This document shows positions 38,170 to 50,948 of a stretch of 64,000 nt of DNA, one piece after another. The stretch comes from Podarcis muralis (lineage: Eukaryota), in contig NC_135664.1 in the NCBI RefSeq assembly GCF_964188315.1, positions 59,334,001-59,398,000 on the forward strand. Reading direction: 5' to 3'. A program made the translations under genes and the position numbers. Below the pieces are notes generated by a model. It saw only the letters and a program-made list of their open reading frames with translations, was not told the DNA's origin and did not search any database. Positions within the stretch are counted from its first letter, which is position 1. Each line of letters starts with the position of its first letter.

Positions 38170-38292
38170 ACCCAAGAGGAGCTGTTGGGAAGCAGACAGT
38201 CTTTCAGATATTTGGGACTTGAGTTGTTTAGGGCTTTAAACACTATCATGAGCACTTTAAATTGGGCTCAGAAACAAAGAGGCAACCAGTTT
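38170..38292 (-). mobile_element. L2 ORF2 C-terminal fragment
   Basis: Minus strand reads WLPLCF*AQFKVLMIVFKALNNSSPKYLKDCLLP (L2 motif FKVL...YKAL.G..P.YL.D.L). Confidence 0.6.
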
Positions 38293-38360
38293 GTGAATGC
38301 TACTCACCTGTTGGTTTCTCTTACCTCCACTGAGAGATTGATACTCACCAGTATTAGGAG

Positions 38361-38512
38361 CAGTGCTTTTTTTCAAAAAAAAAAAAAAAAGTTTAGGGGT
38401 GCTCTCACTTTCCTACTCATATTGAAATACCACCCCTCAATGAGGCCAAACTTATATTCGCAAATGTTTAGGGGTACGCATCCCCCTGCGTCCCCCCCAG
38501 AAAAAAGCACTG
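38361..38512. mobile_element. 152-bp hAT MITE
   Basis: TIR CAGTGCTTTTTT / AAAAAAGCACTG; 8-bp TSD ATTAGGAG / ATTAGGGG (7 of 8 match). Confidence 0.85.
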
Positions 38513-40774
38513 ATTAGGGGGATTAGTAAGAATGCTTCTAAAATCCATCCTTCTTTATTTCTCTCTGGATTTTATTAGTGTCATAATGCCTTGTCCTGGT
38601 CACATGGTGGCATCAATGTTTTTGCTTTCTGTCACTGTGTTTTCAACATTTGTAATCATGACATCACATTCTTAATATCACACTGAGTGCATAACCCCCC
38701 CCCCCAATGCACATAGCTTTTTCCTTATTAAAATATATGTATCTTAATGTAATGGTGAGTACAACTGGGTGCTAAAAATAAGTCTGTGATGCTTTAATGT
38801 GTCCTGCAAATGGCCTAGCTGGGGGTGGGGGGTGAACCCATGATGAATGGGAGAAATGAAGGGCTGCAACAAGAACCAACAGTGCATTCACCATTTCTGA
38901 AATTAATTAGAAAATTTCATTTTGAATAATTGGAAGACAGGCAAGGCAGAACACTGTGGAAGAGAAATCTGTCCACCCATGGGCACTGGTATTTGGCAGT
39001 GTTTCAGATAATGAAATGGGATACAGAGAATCTTACCCTTTCATGCTCTTTTTTAATCGGCATAGAAAACCTCTACTCTTTATTAACTCCTGGGGATATT
39101 TTTATTTCATTTATCTTGAAATACCAGGTCTTGAACCTTTCATACTATTAGCCAATTAACAGACAGTTCTTTTGTTCTTAACATTCATTGTTGAAATGTT
39201 CATTATCAGCTATATTCTTTTGGACAGGGAAAACCCAAAATATTTCCATAGATATACTCTGCTATCCATGTCAAATACCAAATAAATAATACCTGATCAA
39301 TTCTTTGTATGGCCAAACAAGCATAGATTTTCATTAAAACTATATCCTGTCTTTGTGCAGGCACCTTCATTAAAACTTTTGCTTGAGTAAAAACTCAAGA
39401 GATAAGCCTTGGAGAATGGTGTTAGCTCTTTAGCTAAATGCTTGCATTTCCAAAATCAACCAAATTTATTATAATTTATTTAATATGACTATAGAGTTAT
39501 TAATTATGAAAAGGAATTAAGATAATAAAGCAGAGAAATGTATTTGTGTATCAGACTTCTATCCTACTTTTTAAAAAGAGTGCTTTAATACTATTAAGAG
39601 AGATTCTGAATAGATTTTCCTAAATTACTGCTGAATCGCCCCACTGAGCGGCTGATGTGCACAAAGGAAAAGATGCAATTGAATTAGGATTAGATATGCC
39701 CCTCACCACAGATACAAGGGTAGTCAGGGAAGGTAGCAGGTTTCACTCACATCATAGTGGTGCATCCAATGTATCCATTTCCTTTTCGCATACAAATAAG
39801 TTGTTGCTTTTCAGTCATATGGAAAAAAGCAAAGCATTGTATTGGAGACACTCCCAACTTGTAGAAAAGATCTACCAACCAGCCTTAACTGAAAGAGTCT
39901 GCACAGAAGTGTACAACTTGTGTATGTGCTCTATGTTATGCACTATAGCTCTCAAGCATACCTACAATATGCTATTGTCTCTCCACATAATGGTGGGAAT
40001 TAGCTAGTTATATAAAAGGAAGAGATATGCATGCATAGGTCCCAGATTCAACTTGTTGCATGTCTAGGTAGTACAGGGAAAGTCTGTATGTCTGAAACTG
40101 GAGAGCCATCACCAGTCAGTGTAAACTGTAAACAGTATTGAGCTAGATGGGCCAATAGTCTGACTATAATAGCCAATAGCCAGACTATAACTACATATGG
40201 AATGTATAATATTAAAAATGGGAACCCATTATGTTAAATCATGTATACCAAGCACCCAGTTTCAGAGTGTTACTCAAATCCTAGAAGGCTTATGATAGAT
40301 GCATATTGAAGATTGAAAAAGGAATGCATTATGAAGACAGTTATTGGATGACAGACAGTATTTATGCCTGCTGGATATACAGATAATTAGTGATATAAGA
40401 TCTACCATTGAAATTCAGGGCTTAATGTCATTTATTGGTCATTAATCTCAGAAAGTAACCAGTGGTATGTTTTGTTTTTGGAAGAGATATTACTTTAAAT
40501 ACTATAATGTTGGTGCCTGAATTTCAACTTTCAGGTTTGCTTACATACTACCTAAATGCAAACTTGGCTCCTACTTTGTCTGCTGAATCAATGCCACAAA
40601 ATCACTCAGTAGTTCCTTAAGTTGTTTGAAATCAATCTTGAAGTCCAGAGCGCATGTCGGACCACCACCAAAACTTGAGTAGGGACAGCAACATCATATT
40701 AAGAAGCGCTAGATTAACTGATGGACCACTTGGTTCTGGCAAGGGAATGATGTGATAATGAGGCTTCAGTTCCA

Positions 40775-40888
40775 TACCACACCATACATTAAAACCACAT
40801 GTCTTCCCGCAAAGAATCATGGGAACTGTAACTTAATTACAGGATTCTTTGGGAGAAGTCATACACTTTAAATATATGATGCGGACGA
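40775..40888. mobile_element. Palindromic MITE-like repeat (same family as 42880 and 45654)
   Basis: CACCATACATTAAAAC...CAAAGAATCATGGGAACTGTA / CAGGATTCTTTGGGAGAAGTCATACACTTTAAATATATGATG folds back on itself. Confidence 0.55.
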
Positions 40889-42879
40889 GACCATTTGTTC
40901 ATGTCAGATTGGCACAGAAGTCAGACGATGAAGAAAATAATCAAGCAGAAGTTGGATACATCTTTGATGGGGTTCTTACTTGCTTCATGTTTGAAGTTTA
41001 AATGGTACCTCTTATTTGCAATATTGTTTTCATTTGTAATTAATAGTTAAAGGTGTATTTCAGATGTCGGATTATCTTTTGTTAAAGCTTGGTGAGTTTT
41101 ACAACCTGAACCTACACATCCAGAAATAGGCACCAATACAGCTTAGTTGAAGGGAATTGTGTATAGGACTGCATTCATGCTAATTCTAATAAATAATGTA
41201 ACGTGGGCATAGTTGTGGACTATTTGGGAACATGGCTGTTGGGGTTATCCTGATGAGCACCTGCACATCATATTTACCACTATGCCATTGCTTAGACCTA
41301 TAGGGATGTAAAAGAAACACCTCCTCTTATAGGATGCAGTTGAAAACTAGTAAGACTTTAACAGGACTGATGCCCAGAATCACTCAGATCCTCATGTAGT
41401 TGAGCTAGAAAAACAATGGAAATCTATGTATCTCCCATCTTAACTATGTAGAAGTGGCTAAGACAGTTCATGTGGTGGTGACAGCTACAAGGGTTTTGGT
41501 TGTATATCAGCGCTGTCTGAATCTCAATGGGAATATGATGTAAGTGAGTCTGTATGAAAAAGACAGAGGTTAGAAAAACAGACTGGGGCATCTGATGGAA
41601 AGAAGGAGACTGATAAATGGTTCAAACTTTCACAGGAAAAACAGATATGTATTCAAAAGCAACAACAATTTTCTTGGATGGTTTTATAGGATGTTATTGA
41701 CCTTTTTGGTCACCTTGACATAAAATGATTTGGGAGCAGACGGGTAGAACACCCACCAGGCTTGCTCTTTCTGCATTCATTTGTGGAAGCCAGGGAGCTT
41801 CAATGGGGTTATGCTGCTTTTCCCAAATGCTGGTGCCTTAAGAGGTTATATGAAAAATAAAAGGGCTGCTTACTAAAACAGCCCACATTATATTGTTCAT
41901 GGGCAGTCCCATAGTTTAATTTTAGTTGCTGAAACATGGTATGTATGAGTGTGTGCACGTGTGCATCCAGTTCAGTAGCGTAGTCATTAAGTAGACAGCT
42001 ACTTTGCTTCTTGGTTTTTGTTCACTAATAGATGTACAGGAAGTGTCAAGGAAAAGTCAGCTTCCTTTTGGAATGGAAGTTCAACATCCATATCTTCTCA
42101 AACCCACATTATTCCCCCTCTGTATTATTCAGTTTCCAGGCACATAACCTGATGGAAAGGAGTTAGAATATTTTGGCTATCCTATATAGCTGGGATATTT
42201 GGGGAGCTCTTCTTGTATTAAAAAAATAACAGCCAAGGCACAGCGGCAGCAGAATTTGCCTAAGTGAAAATCATGAAATAGCAGAGGTTGGGAGCCAAGC
42301 TGTTTATCAGTTCATCTCCTTAGCTCACCAATTTAGCATCTGGAGAGCAGTGCCATCCAGACCAATTCCTTTTGCTCCTCAAGCACAAATACCACAAAAC
42401 AAAATACAACGTCACAGAATGATTTATTATCTGCCATCAAAAATTGATCGAAGGGGAGAGTGCAACAGTGTCTACTTTTATCTTTTGCCACTGAAGTGGA
42501 AAATAATCATTCAGTAACCAAGGAAAGATTAGCTGCAAATTCTAACAATTGTAGGCGTTATGCAAGAGAGCCTGACTAAAGCGCCACAGGAACAGCAGTT
42601 ACTGTGGTGGTGGAATACACTGTGTGTGTCTTGGGGGAACAGGGGGAGAATTAGACACATGCCAGAACTTTCACAGAGAAGAAACTATTGTCATTACTTG
42701 TCACTATGTCATTACTTAAGGATCCATAATTTATCTCATAATTTATCTCATGCATGCTGACTTGAAAGTAAATGCTGCAGCTGGCACCAATTTTATCTGG
42801 GATTAGGGAATGTGTCTTCCTGGTCAAAGGATTTGTCAAAGGACTACTAAACCAATATTGTTGGTCCTACATTGCTTGG

Positions 42880-43031
42880 GGCTGCATACACACCATTCAT
42901 TTAAAACTTCCCTCAGCGAATCACGGGAGCTGGCATTTAACTCTTATAGAGCTGCAATTCCAAACACCCTTAACAAATTGCAGTTCCCAGGATTCATTGG
43001 AGGAAGTCATGTGCTTTAAATGTGCACAGCC
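42880..43031. mobile_element. Palindromic MITE-like repeat
   Basis: GGCTGCATACAC...TGTGCACAGCC ends; interior shared with 45654 (CACCCTTAACAAA...CAGTTCCCA). Confidence 0.6.
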
Positions 43032-44592
43032 TGGGTATGTGCACAATCTGGATCCTGCCATGGTTTGGAAAAATTAACAATAAGCAATGGAAACAACAGT
43101 CACTAATGTTAACATTACTGAAATTCCCAGTGTTTCACTTTAATTAATAGTTTTATAGCTTCTGCAGTATGTGAGCAACTCTTATTACTTGGAGAGGGAT
43201 TCAACAAGTTTTCAAAATAATGAGCATATTTTATGTTTCTGGTGCATCACTCGGGCAGCAGTAACATTGCTTCATTGTTCCATAGTTTTCATTGCCTCCG
43301 TGTTCCTCTTCTTCTCTCTCTCTGTTTCAAAGGAACCTGTGATCATGAAACAAAATGGAAGTTGAAAAAGAAAGCAACAATTTTAAAATAAAAAATAAAA
43401 ACTTATCACCAGCCTTTCATTCTCTTCTCGTGGTTGCTATCAAGGGAAGGTGAATTCTGTCTAGTTGAATGCAAAATAGAACCAACCAGTGCACCCAAGG
43501 ATAATCACGACAACGAGGACAAAAGGAGGAGGGAGAGAAGAAAGAGTCATTGGCTTAAGAGTCAGGGTCCAATGCATTTGGGATGATAATACAATGCTTA
43601 AAAACAAACCTGTATTAATATTATAAGATTCTAATTCTTAGGAATCCCATTGCCTGCACTTTGGCTCCAAAAATTTGTAGCCTTTAACTCCTCTATTATT
43701 TTATTGTGGGATAGTTCACATATTATCCCAATAGCATGGTAACCTTTAATAAACCGATAAATTCTCCAAGTAAACTGGCTGAGTGGTTATCATCAGATGC
43801 TGCAAGATTCTCTTGCCATTCAAAAAATACAAATTTTCAAAGCATATCAGGCCTGTGCATCACAATAAACTTTAATTTTAGAGAACTACCCAGAAGCTCC
43901 AACCTTCCTTTATTTTTTAAAAAAGAAAATTGGTGCTGCACCTCTTCTTGTTCTGCATGGAAGGAGAAAGATTGCAGAGTAAGAAACCTTTTCCTAATCC
44001 CACCTTAGAAATAAAAGTAAAAGTTGGTTTACAACGTATCAAGTCTATTTGATATATTTTTTTTATTTAATTTCTCAAATTCATATATTATTTAACTAGA
44101 ATTGTCTCTAAGCAGTGCACAAAAATCTCAATACAATGGAAATAAAAATCAGTTAAAATAGCCACATGATTTAGATTTGTTACAAGCACATTGTGATCTG
44201 CCTCTTTGAAATCAGTCGTGTAGGGCCACATGGGGAATTATGCCTCAGGCTGAAGGAGCTGTCCTTAGTGAAAGGATATATTTTGTTCCAGTTCCTTAAT
44301 AAAAAATTAAGACGTAAACATCCTGATTCATAGCCATACCCACACATAACACATGACAGTGGGATAGTGCACAATTTTAAAGTAGGAAGGGAGTGGAAGT
44401 AGAAGCCTTTGGTTAAAGAAGAGCACCTACCCATACATCTGAACTGTTTTTTATTCATATTAACATTACCACAGCACTGGAGTCTGCTGTACCCCTGCAG
44501 CAGAAATAAAATACAGATCTCAGCCACACTTCTCATTCTAGTACAATAGTATCTTCAGCTGATTTCAAAAGTGGGTATGGTGGTTTTTAATT

Positions 44593-44594
44593 AA

Positions 44595-44629
<35 letters not shown>

Positions 44630-44870
44630 ATATTAAATTTATATCCAAACCTTCTTCCCAGAGGGGATCAGGACTGCATGGGGTGGTCATAGGAGAAGAC
44701 AAAACCTCCATACTCAGCAGACCACTACAGGACCACAAGAACGGCCTTTTCTGCAGACTGTAAGACCTGGGGTAGCAAATACAGGGAGAGGCACTTCTTC
44801 ATGTAACTGGGTCCCAATTCATTCAGGGCTTTGTAAGCTAAACATAACACCTTACATTGGGCCCAGTCCA
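44593..44870 (-). mobile_element. L2 3' fragment(s) with (TTTA)n tail
   Basis: (AATA)x10 at 44593-44632; minus-strand translation WAQCKVLCLAYKALNELGPSYMKKCLSLYLLPQVLQSAEKAVLVV. Confidence 0.65.
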
Positions 44871-45044
44871 GCAGCAAACAGGAAGAAAGTGCAATTCTCA
44901 AATAATTCATTTTATGTGATCTTTTCTTGGTGCACTGCTCGACACTCCTGTGGCCATAGGAGCCACCTCCTAGGAGCTGAGGAGGCTTTCCTCCCCCCAC
45001 AAAATAATTGAGGGGGCCAAGCCCCCCCAAAGTTGATCATAGAA

Positions 45045-45207
45045 ACATAGCATCTTAGAGCCAGAAGGGACCTAGGATCATCTAGTCCAACCCCCTGCAA
45101 TGCAGGAATCTCAGCTGAAACATCCATGACAGATAGCCACCCAACCTCTGCTTAAAAACCTCCAAGGAAGGAGAGTCCATCACCTCTTGTGGAAGTCTGT
45201 TCCACTT
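45045..45207 (-). mobile_element. CR1 3' end
   Basis: GAAGGGACCTAGGATCATCTAGTCCAACCCCCTGCAATGCAGGAATC...CCAACCTCTGCTTAAAAACCTCCAAGGAAGGAGAGTCC; shares its tail with the SINE at 23903. Confidence 0.7.
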
Positions 45208-45653
45208 TGAATGTACATTGCCATTCAAATCATGTGCATGCACTGTGTCATGTGATCGATTATGTGGGGCGGTACTTACCTGCCTCCCCCCATATCTTAT
45301 TTAAGCTGGCACCCCTGCCTGTGGCCATCTTTTGCAACAGCTTCAGCTTTTGGACTGTGTCTCCACCACCACTACCTCACAAGGTGATTTCACAGATTTT
45401 ACAAATAGAAACTTTGCTCTCTTAAACCATCCATGAATGAATACCATGCAAATCTATCCTTTGAAACTATTGCTTAGGAATCTAAAATATAGTATCATCA
45501 TGATCAACTCACAAAGAACAGAGTCCTGGCAGTAAAAAGCAAAATCCTAACCTTTGTGTTTCCAGAGAGAATCTTGAAAGAAGCTGTTTGATAAAACCCC
45601 CAATCCCAAGTCATATTTACTGTACTAGGAGAAGAGAATGATAAAACAGCCTT

Positions 45654-45782
45654 ACCATACATGGCTTCTCCCAAGGAATCCTGGGAACTGCAGCTCCCAG
45701 AGCTGCAATCCCCAGCACCCTTAACAAACTACAGTTCCCATAGTTCTTTGGTGGAAGTCATGTGCTTTAAATGTATGATGTG
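45654..45782. mobile_element. Palindromic MITE-like repeat
   Basis: CATGGCTTCTCCCAAGGAATCCTGGGAACTG / CAGTTCCCATAGTTCTTTGGTGGAAGTCATG inverted arms. Confidence 0.6.
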
Positions 45783-48700
45783 ATAATAAAAAAGTTGGAA
45801 GAGGGAGTGGTACACAGGAAGGAAAGGAAGAGAACATGGGCATGGACGAAGAGAAAAGCCATGGGGAAGAAAAGCAGAGCAAATGAGCAGGGAGGAGAGA
45901 TGGGTATGGTCGGGAGCTGCAGAGGTAAGGAGGGCTGATATTCATGAAATAACCAGGTGAATGTTGGACTGTACCTTTCTTGGATAATTCTGTTTTCACC
46001 AACCAGGACTTTAAACGTAGACACCTCTTTCTCTGAGAATTTGTCCAGATTAAATCAGTCTAGTGACAAAAATATTTGAAGAATCATGATGAGAATAGCA
46101 GGAGATATAGAAGGTTATAAATTAGTTACTTTGACAGCTGTGTGAGGGAAGCTTGCATAACACCTGCCCACACAAGGCCTAATTCAAGGTAATATTAACA
46201 GTTCCTCGCTTCTATGAATGCTCCAAAAAGTATTCACAGACTACAAAAAGCGACTACTGCAAACATACTGTTTTTTAATTCTATTTGGTGCAAGTTATCC
46301 GTTTTCACTGTCTGAAGAGTTGCAGAAGTTAAAATTACATACTTGAAAAGCTTGCTTTAACTAGAAAAACCATTGCTTAACCTCTTGATTCCAAGCTGAA
46401 AACAGTGCCTGTTGCATTTTTCTGCCCTATAAGATTTTATGATAATGGCAAACCTGTTAGTAAAACTGCCTGAAGGCACACTCCTGAGGTGTGCTGTGTT
46501 CAAAATTACAAATATATTTAGTAGACATAACATTATGTTAGCTGGATGTTAAGAAAGCTGAAAGATATTTTATTATCATTTCAGACTAGTAGCAGGCAGC
46601 CTACAGTCTCAATTTAAAAACTTAATGTTAAAAAATTAGTGAAATGTTATATTATCTGGTAATTATATGCACTTGGGAACTGGCTTTGGGCCAGAAAATA
46701 AATTCAGTATAGTTATGCTTTTTTGGGATTGCACTAGTTCAGCCTGCAGGTGGGAGAATGCATATTTAAATGTTTCGTTTTCCAAAAAATGTACAAAATT
46801 TGCATATTAGGGAGAAAGATTCAGTTTAGCTTCCTGTTCCACCACATGTGCAGGGAGGTTTTGTTTTGTTTTTAGAGGAGTCAGACATGGTACAGTGTAG
46901 AAACAGCTTTTTAGGTTTTAAGACTGCTGAATGTATAAACTCAGTCATTTCTTGGAACTCTGATTTTTGATTATTATTATTTTTGGTAACTGAGGGCTCT
47001 TGAGGAAACATGTGTTTTCCCCTCCCCTTTCATTTTTCTTCTTGTGAAAGGATGTTCAGTATGATGATTCAGAAATGATGTAAACCTTCTTTGGGCTTTT
47101 GTCTGAACATGTGAGAGTTAAAGTGCTTAGGGGGCAGGGTGTGCATGCAAGCTTATGCATTAAGCATGAAGAACTGAAGGGGGTTTCAGAGTGATCTTGA
47201 GATGAAGAATGAAAGGTGGCATCTAAACAAGAAAATGTTGAGGTAATTCAAACTGTTGAAGTCTTCAGTTACCTCACACAGACTAAGTAAGTGTGTGTTC
47301 CAGTCATGACAAAGAGGTAAGATTTCTAGATTTCCTAGACATTACAGTGCACTATAGAACAGTTGGCAATGGAACTGACCAGAGGGAAGTCAAACTTTAA
47401 TCTTAAATTGTGACCAGGATCTGGTGTGAGATGTAAGCCTTGTTGAATGGATTGCAAACCGTGACCATAGTGCTATCAAACATAACATCTGTAAGTGCAA
47501 AGAAAATTCAATACAGACACTTTTAATTTCAGAAGAGGAAACTTAACAAACTTACCAGTGAATAGGTCTTAGCAGCAGTGAACATCACCACATATTGTGG
47601 CAATGAATTCCGTAAGTTAATTCCATTCGTTAATTTTGGATTCGGTTGAAAAGGTCATACCATCTTTTTATAGCAGTTTATGCTGGTGAAATATAACATG
47701 AGTTTTGAACCTTTTAAAATTATTCTACAAAGTATCATTTTACACTCTGTAAGAAATGCCATTACGAATTGTCAGCATACAGTTCTATATAGACTCTAGT
47801 GTTCAGTACTGAGGTTCATTCACATGGGCAGAAAAGAGGAAAGTCATATGTGACTTCCACACTGGTGCAGCTTTCTGCATACTTGGTATAAATAAATGTA
47901 GAGTATTTGATTGTTCCCAGGGCACTATGCCACTGCTAATAAATGTGGTACAAAGAAAGCATCCTTTCATATAAATTAATTGATAAAACAAATGAGGGCA
48001 GCGTCTCCATAAACCAAGGAAGATAATGAAACTAGGGTCCTGAGATGAAACAGAAACTCTTTCTGGTGATGAAGCTGATCACAAAATGTAACTTGATTTA
48101 AGGAAACTGCTTCACAACTGAACACAAAAACTTGGTTCTGTATTGTGAACAACTGGAAAGTAAATTATGTTTCCTACTTTGAATAATGCCAGTGCTGTTT
48201 CTTTGTTGTGTAGAGTCCAAGCAGGAAAATTGTTGCCTTGCTAGAATATGAAAATAACATTACTTGAGTGGCATGGAGAAGAGACATGCATTGAGGATCT
48301 TGCAGCTGGTTGGTATGGCTACAGTATGTGTAAGGAGTACCATCCATTTGTGGAGAAGATGTAAAGCCAGGCAGGATGAATAAAGCCAAGGATGGCATTA
48401 TTTCAAAGAGCTACACAATGATGTGTAGGGAGGTGGTAGAGATGGAGCCTAGCCTGCCATGAAGTAGCTGTCTTACACATGGATCTGGTTGAAGGGAGTG
48501 TTCTGATGATGACACATGGTGTAGTTTTACTTTGAATATAAATAAGGCTGACACTATAAAATGGGCTGGATGGGTCATGGGCAAGATTTGAAATATAAGC
48601 AGTTGATTACTGAAAGAACTAATAAAAGTGAAGTTCAGATAATAAAACACATGTAAAACAGCTAATAAAAAGTAACAAAAAACAAACACCAGGAAAGGAG

Positions 48701-50733
48701 GGGTGGGAAGAAGAAATTTATGTTCAAATGTATATGAACATAAGGGACCTCTGAACTAATTTTGATTGTCAAATCTGTCCCCTGTGCAGTTCACTTACTG
48801 GCTCTATTCTGTTCCACAAGAGCTCCAGCAAATATCATGTACAGCCACATGTTACTGGTAGTGCTTGTGATTTCACAACTAAAAAATCCTGTAAAATGTT
48901 TGGTGATGAGATTATCATAGGACTGATGTGCAGGGTTTTTGAACCAATGTTACTGTAGTAGCTGAGATTTTTATTGTATTTTTATTGTATCATATTTTTA
49001 GGAAGGAAACAGCTGGTTCCAATTAACTGCTGATACACGCCTCCAGAAAGTGTGCCCCTAATAAAACATGACTATCAAGAAATCATGTTCTTTTACATTA
49101 GACCCAGTTCCTCCAGAAATACTTAAAGGCATGTTACAATATAAAAGCAGAAAACATTTTTAAATCCAGACCCAAATATGACACTTAAAAGCAAACAATA
49201 AAAACCAGGAACTGCACAGCAGTTGCAGAAGAGCAATAAAAAATAACAGCAATATTTGCACAACCATTATATTTTAATGATTTGATTTTACTCCTAAACA
49301 ATGCTGCTATGTTTTGTTTGTTTTTCAGTTTTCTATTCTTAGGAATGTTAAACTCTAAGGGTGGCATTCTCCACAATTCTCCACACTATGTGTACTCTTA
49401 ATTTTTTAATATAAGCCCCACAGGAAAAGGGTTTGTAGCAGCTATGTACAAAGCCTTTGTCAATATTACTTTTGGGAAATTGACCAGTTTAAAATCTACA
49501 TAGAAGATGATTGGGGGCGGGGAGTATTGAAGAAAAATGGGAATGGCTATGGAGAGTGAGTCTTTTTAAAACTAGCGAATTGGTTTTAAAAATGCACCAT
49601 AGATGATATTATTCTTCTATAATGCTTTGCCACTTTACTTCCAGATCCTTTCCTTTATGCTGGAGGAGATGCGGGAACAAGGGTTAGGGTACCTTTTTCC
49701 ATTTGTGGTGGGAGTGCCCACTGGTGGTGCAATTTTGGTTAATGAGCTTTGCAGAAAAAAGTAAGATCATCAGGGACCAGATTCAGTCATCATAAGAACA
49801 TGGTTTTTCTTTATTTACTCAAGGGAGTAAATGAAGAATTTAAAGCAAAAGATCTGTTAATAGTTTTATTAATAGCTGTTCATCATACAAAGTTCAAAAA
49901 TGGAATACTTTATCTGATATCAACAATATGAACAGATGGAACAATGTATGGAATTTAGCCCTTCAAGAAAAACTTATACAATAATCTTGATTGTCATTGT
50001 CCCATACAGAACAACGAAATTGAAAAAAATTTACATCAGACATTAAAAAACCCACAAGCCTGCTATCCCAGCTATCCCAACCTGGTTAGCCCCTAAAAAC
50101 TCTGATACCCCATAATTGAATACAATATACTCACATAAAGACTACCTTTATGTAGTTACATTACAAGCTCATAACAATGAGCACTGAACAATATAAACAT
50201 TTAAACCTCATGAAACCATAAAAGCTGACTAGGTCATTCTTAGCAAACTAACTGAAATCAATGGAGTTATGTTAGTCATGGCTAATTTAAGCCTACTGAT
50301 TTCAGTAGGTATAATCTGAGTATGACTTAGTTGGATACCATCCATAGAAAGCCAGTGTTGTGTAGCAAAAGTCAAAATAAGCTAAAACACATTAGATATT
50401 CCCTATATTGGGTGACATAAGCAATTTTAATGTTAGTTTTAGGGATGCTTCCAGAAGCAGCAGCTGCATACTCAGTAGTTTATTATCTTGGTGTCTTTGT
50501 GGCTTCAGTTCAGCCAGTGTTTCTGGCATTCCCTGGCTTCAGGTGTAATGCATATGAGAACACTGAAGAGGATGTTTAGCAGATACTGACGACCCCTTCT
50601 GTTGTAATGTTTCACTCTTCCATATTCCTTTGTTTTCATTCTGCATTCTTAATTCCCATGATAAGAGATAAGAGGTGGCTGTCCTACATGTAAGCTGAGT
50701 TCCTTGTTTCTTTTTCTTTTGACCGTTCCTGGC

Positions 50734-50739
50734 TGCATG
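50734..50739 (+). promoter_or_regulatory. RBFOX motif UGCAUG upstream of exon 9*
   Basis: Exact TGCATG ending 50 nt before the exon. Fox-protein repression of mammalian 9* is established; function here is inferred. Confidence 0.6.
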
Positions 50740-50789
50740 TTCTCTGTTGATGTCTTGTTCCTGGTACTTGACCATCTTGTCTGTGAAAG

Positions 50790-50864
50790 AAAACACTCCA
50801 GCTGGCTTGCCTGATAAGAAGAAAGGAAAGTTTGCTTGGTTTAGTCACTCCACAGAAACTCATG
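50790..50864 (+). CDS. CACNA1C: Cav1.2 alternative cassette exon 9* (75 nt, 25 aa insert in the I-II loop)
   Basis: ctgtgaaag|AAAAC...CATG|gtaacg, symmetric phase 1-1. Translates (K)NTPAGLPDKKKGKFAWFSHSTETH(V), matching mammalian 9* RGTPAGMLDQKKGKFAWFSHSTETHV (recalled). Not in the ORF track. Confidence 0.93.
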
Positions 50865-50942
50865 GTAACGTTCCAATGTACTCTGTGTCCATCCTTTATG
50901 TGTACGTGTATGTTTCTGTGTAGTAACTGTGTAGTCCGTTGG

Positions 50943-50948
50943 TGCATG
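50943..50948 (+). promoter_or_regulatory. RBFOX motif UGCAUG downstream of exon 9*
   Basis: Exact TGCATG 78 nt after the donor, within a UG-rich tract. Confidence 0.55.

Noticed and set aside
47533-47611. 79-nt pseudo-exon (tttcag|AAGAGG...TTCC|gtaagt) with an early in-frame stop, poison-exon-like
   Set aside because: Such AG/GT pairs are common in long introns, the exonic side of the donor is weak, and I have no conservation or expression evidence.
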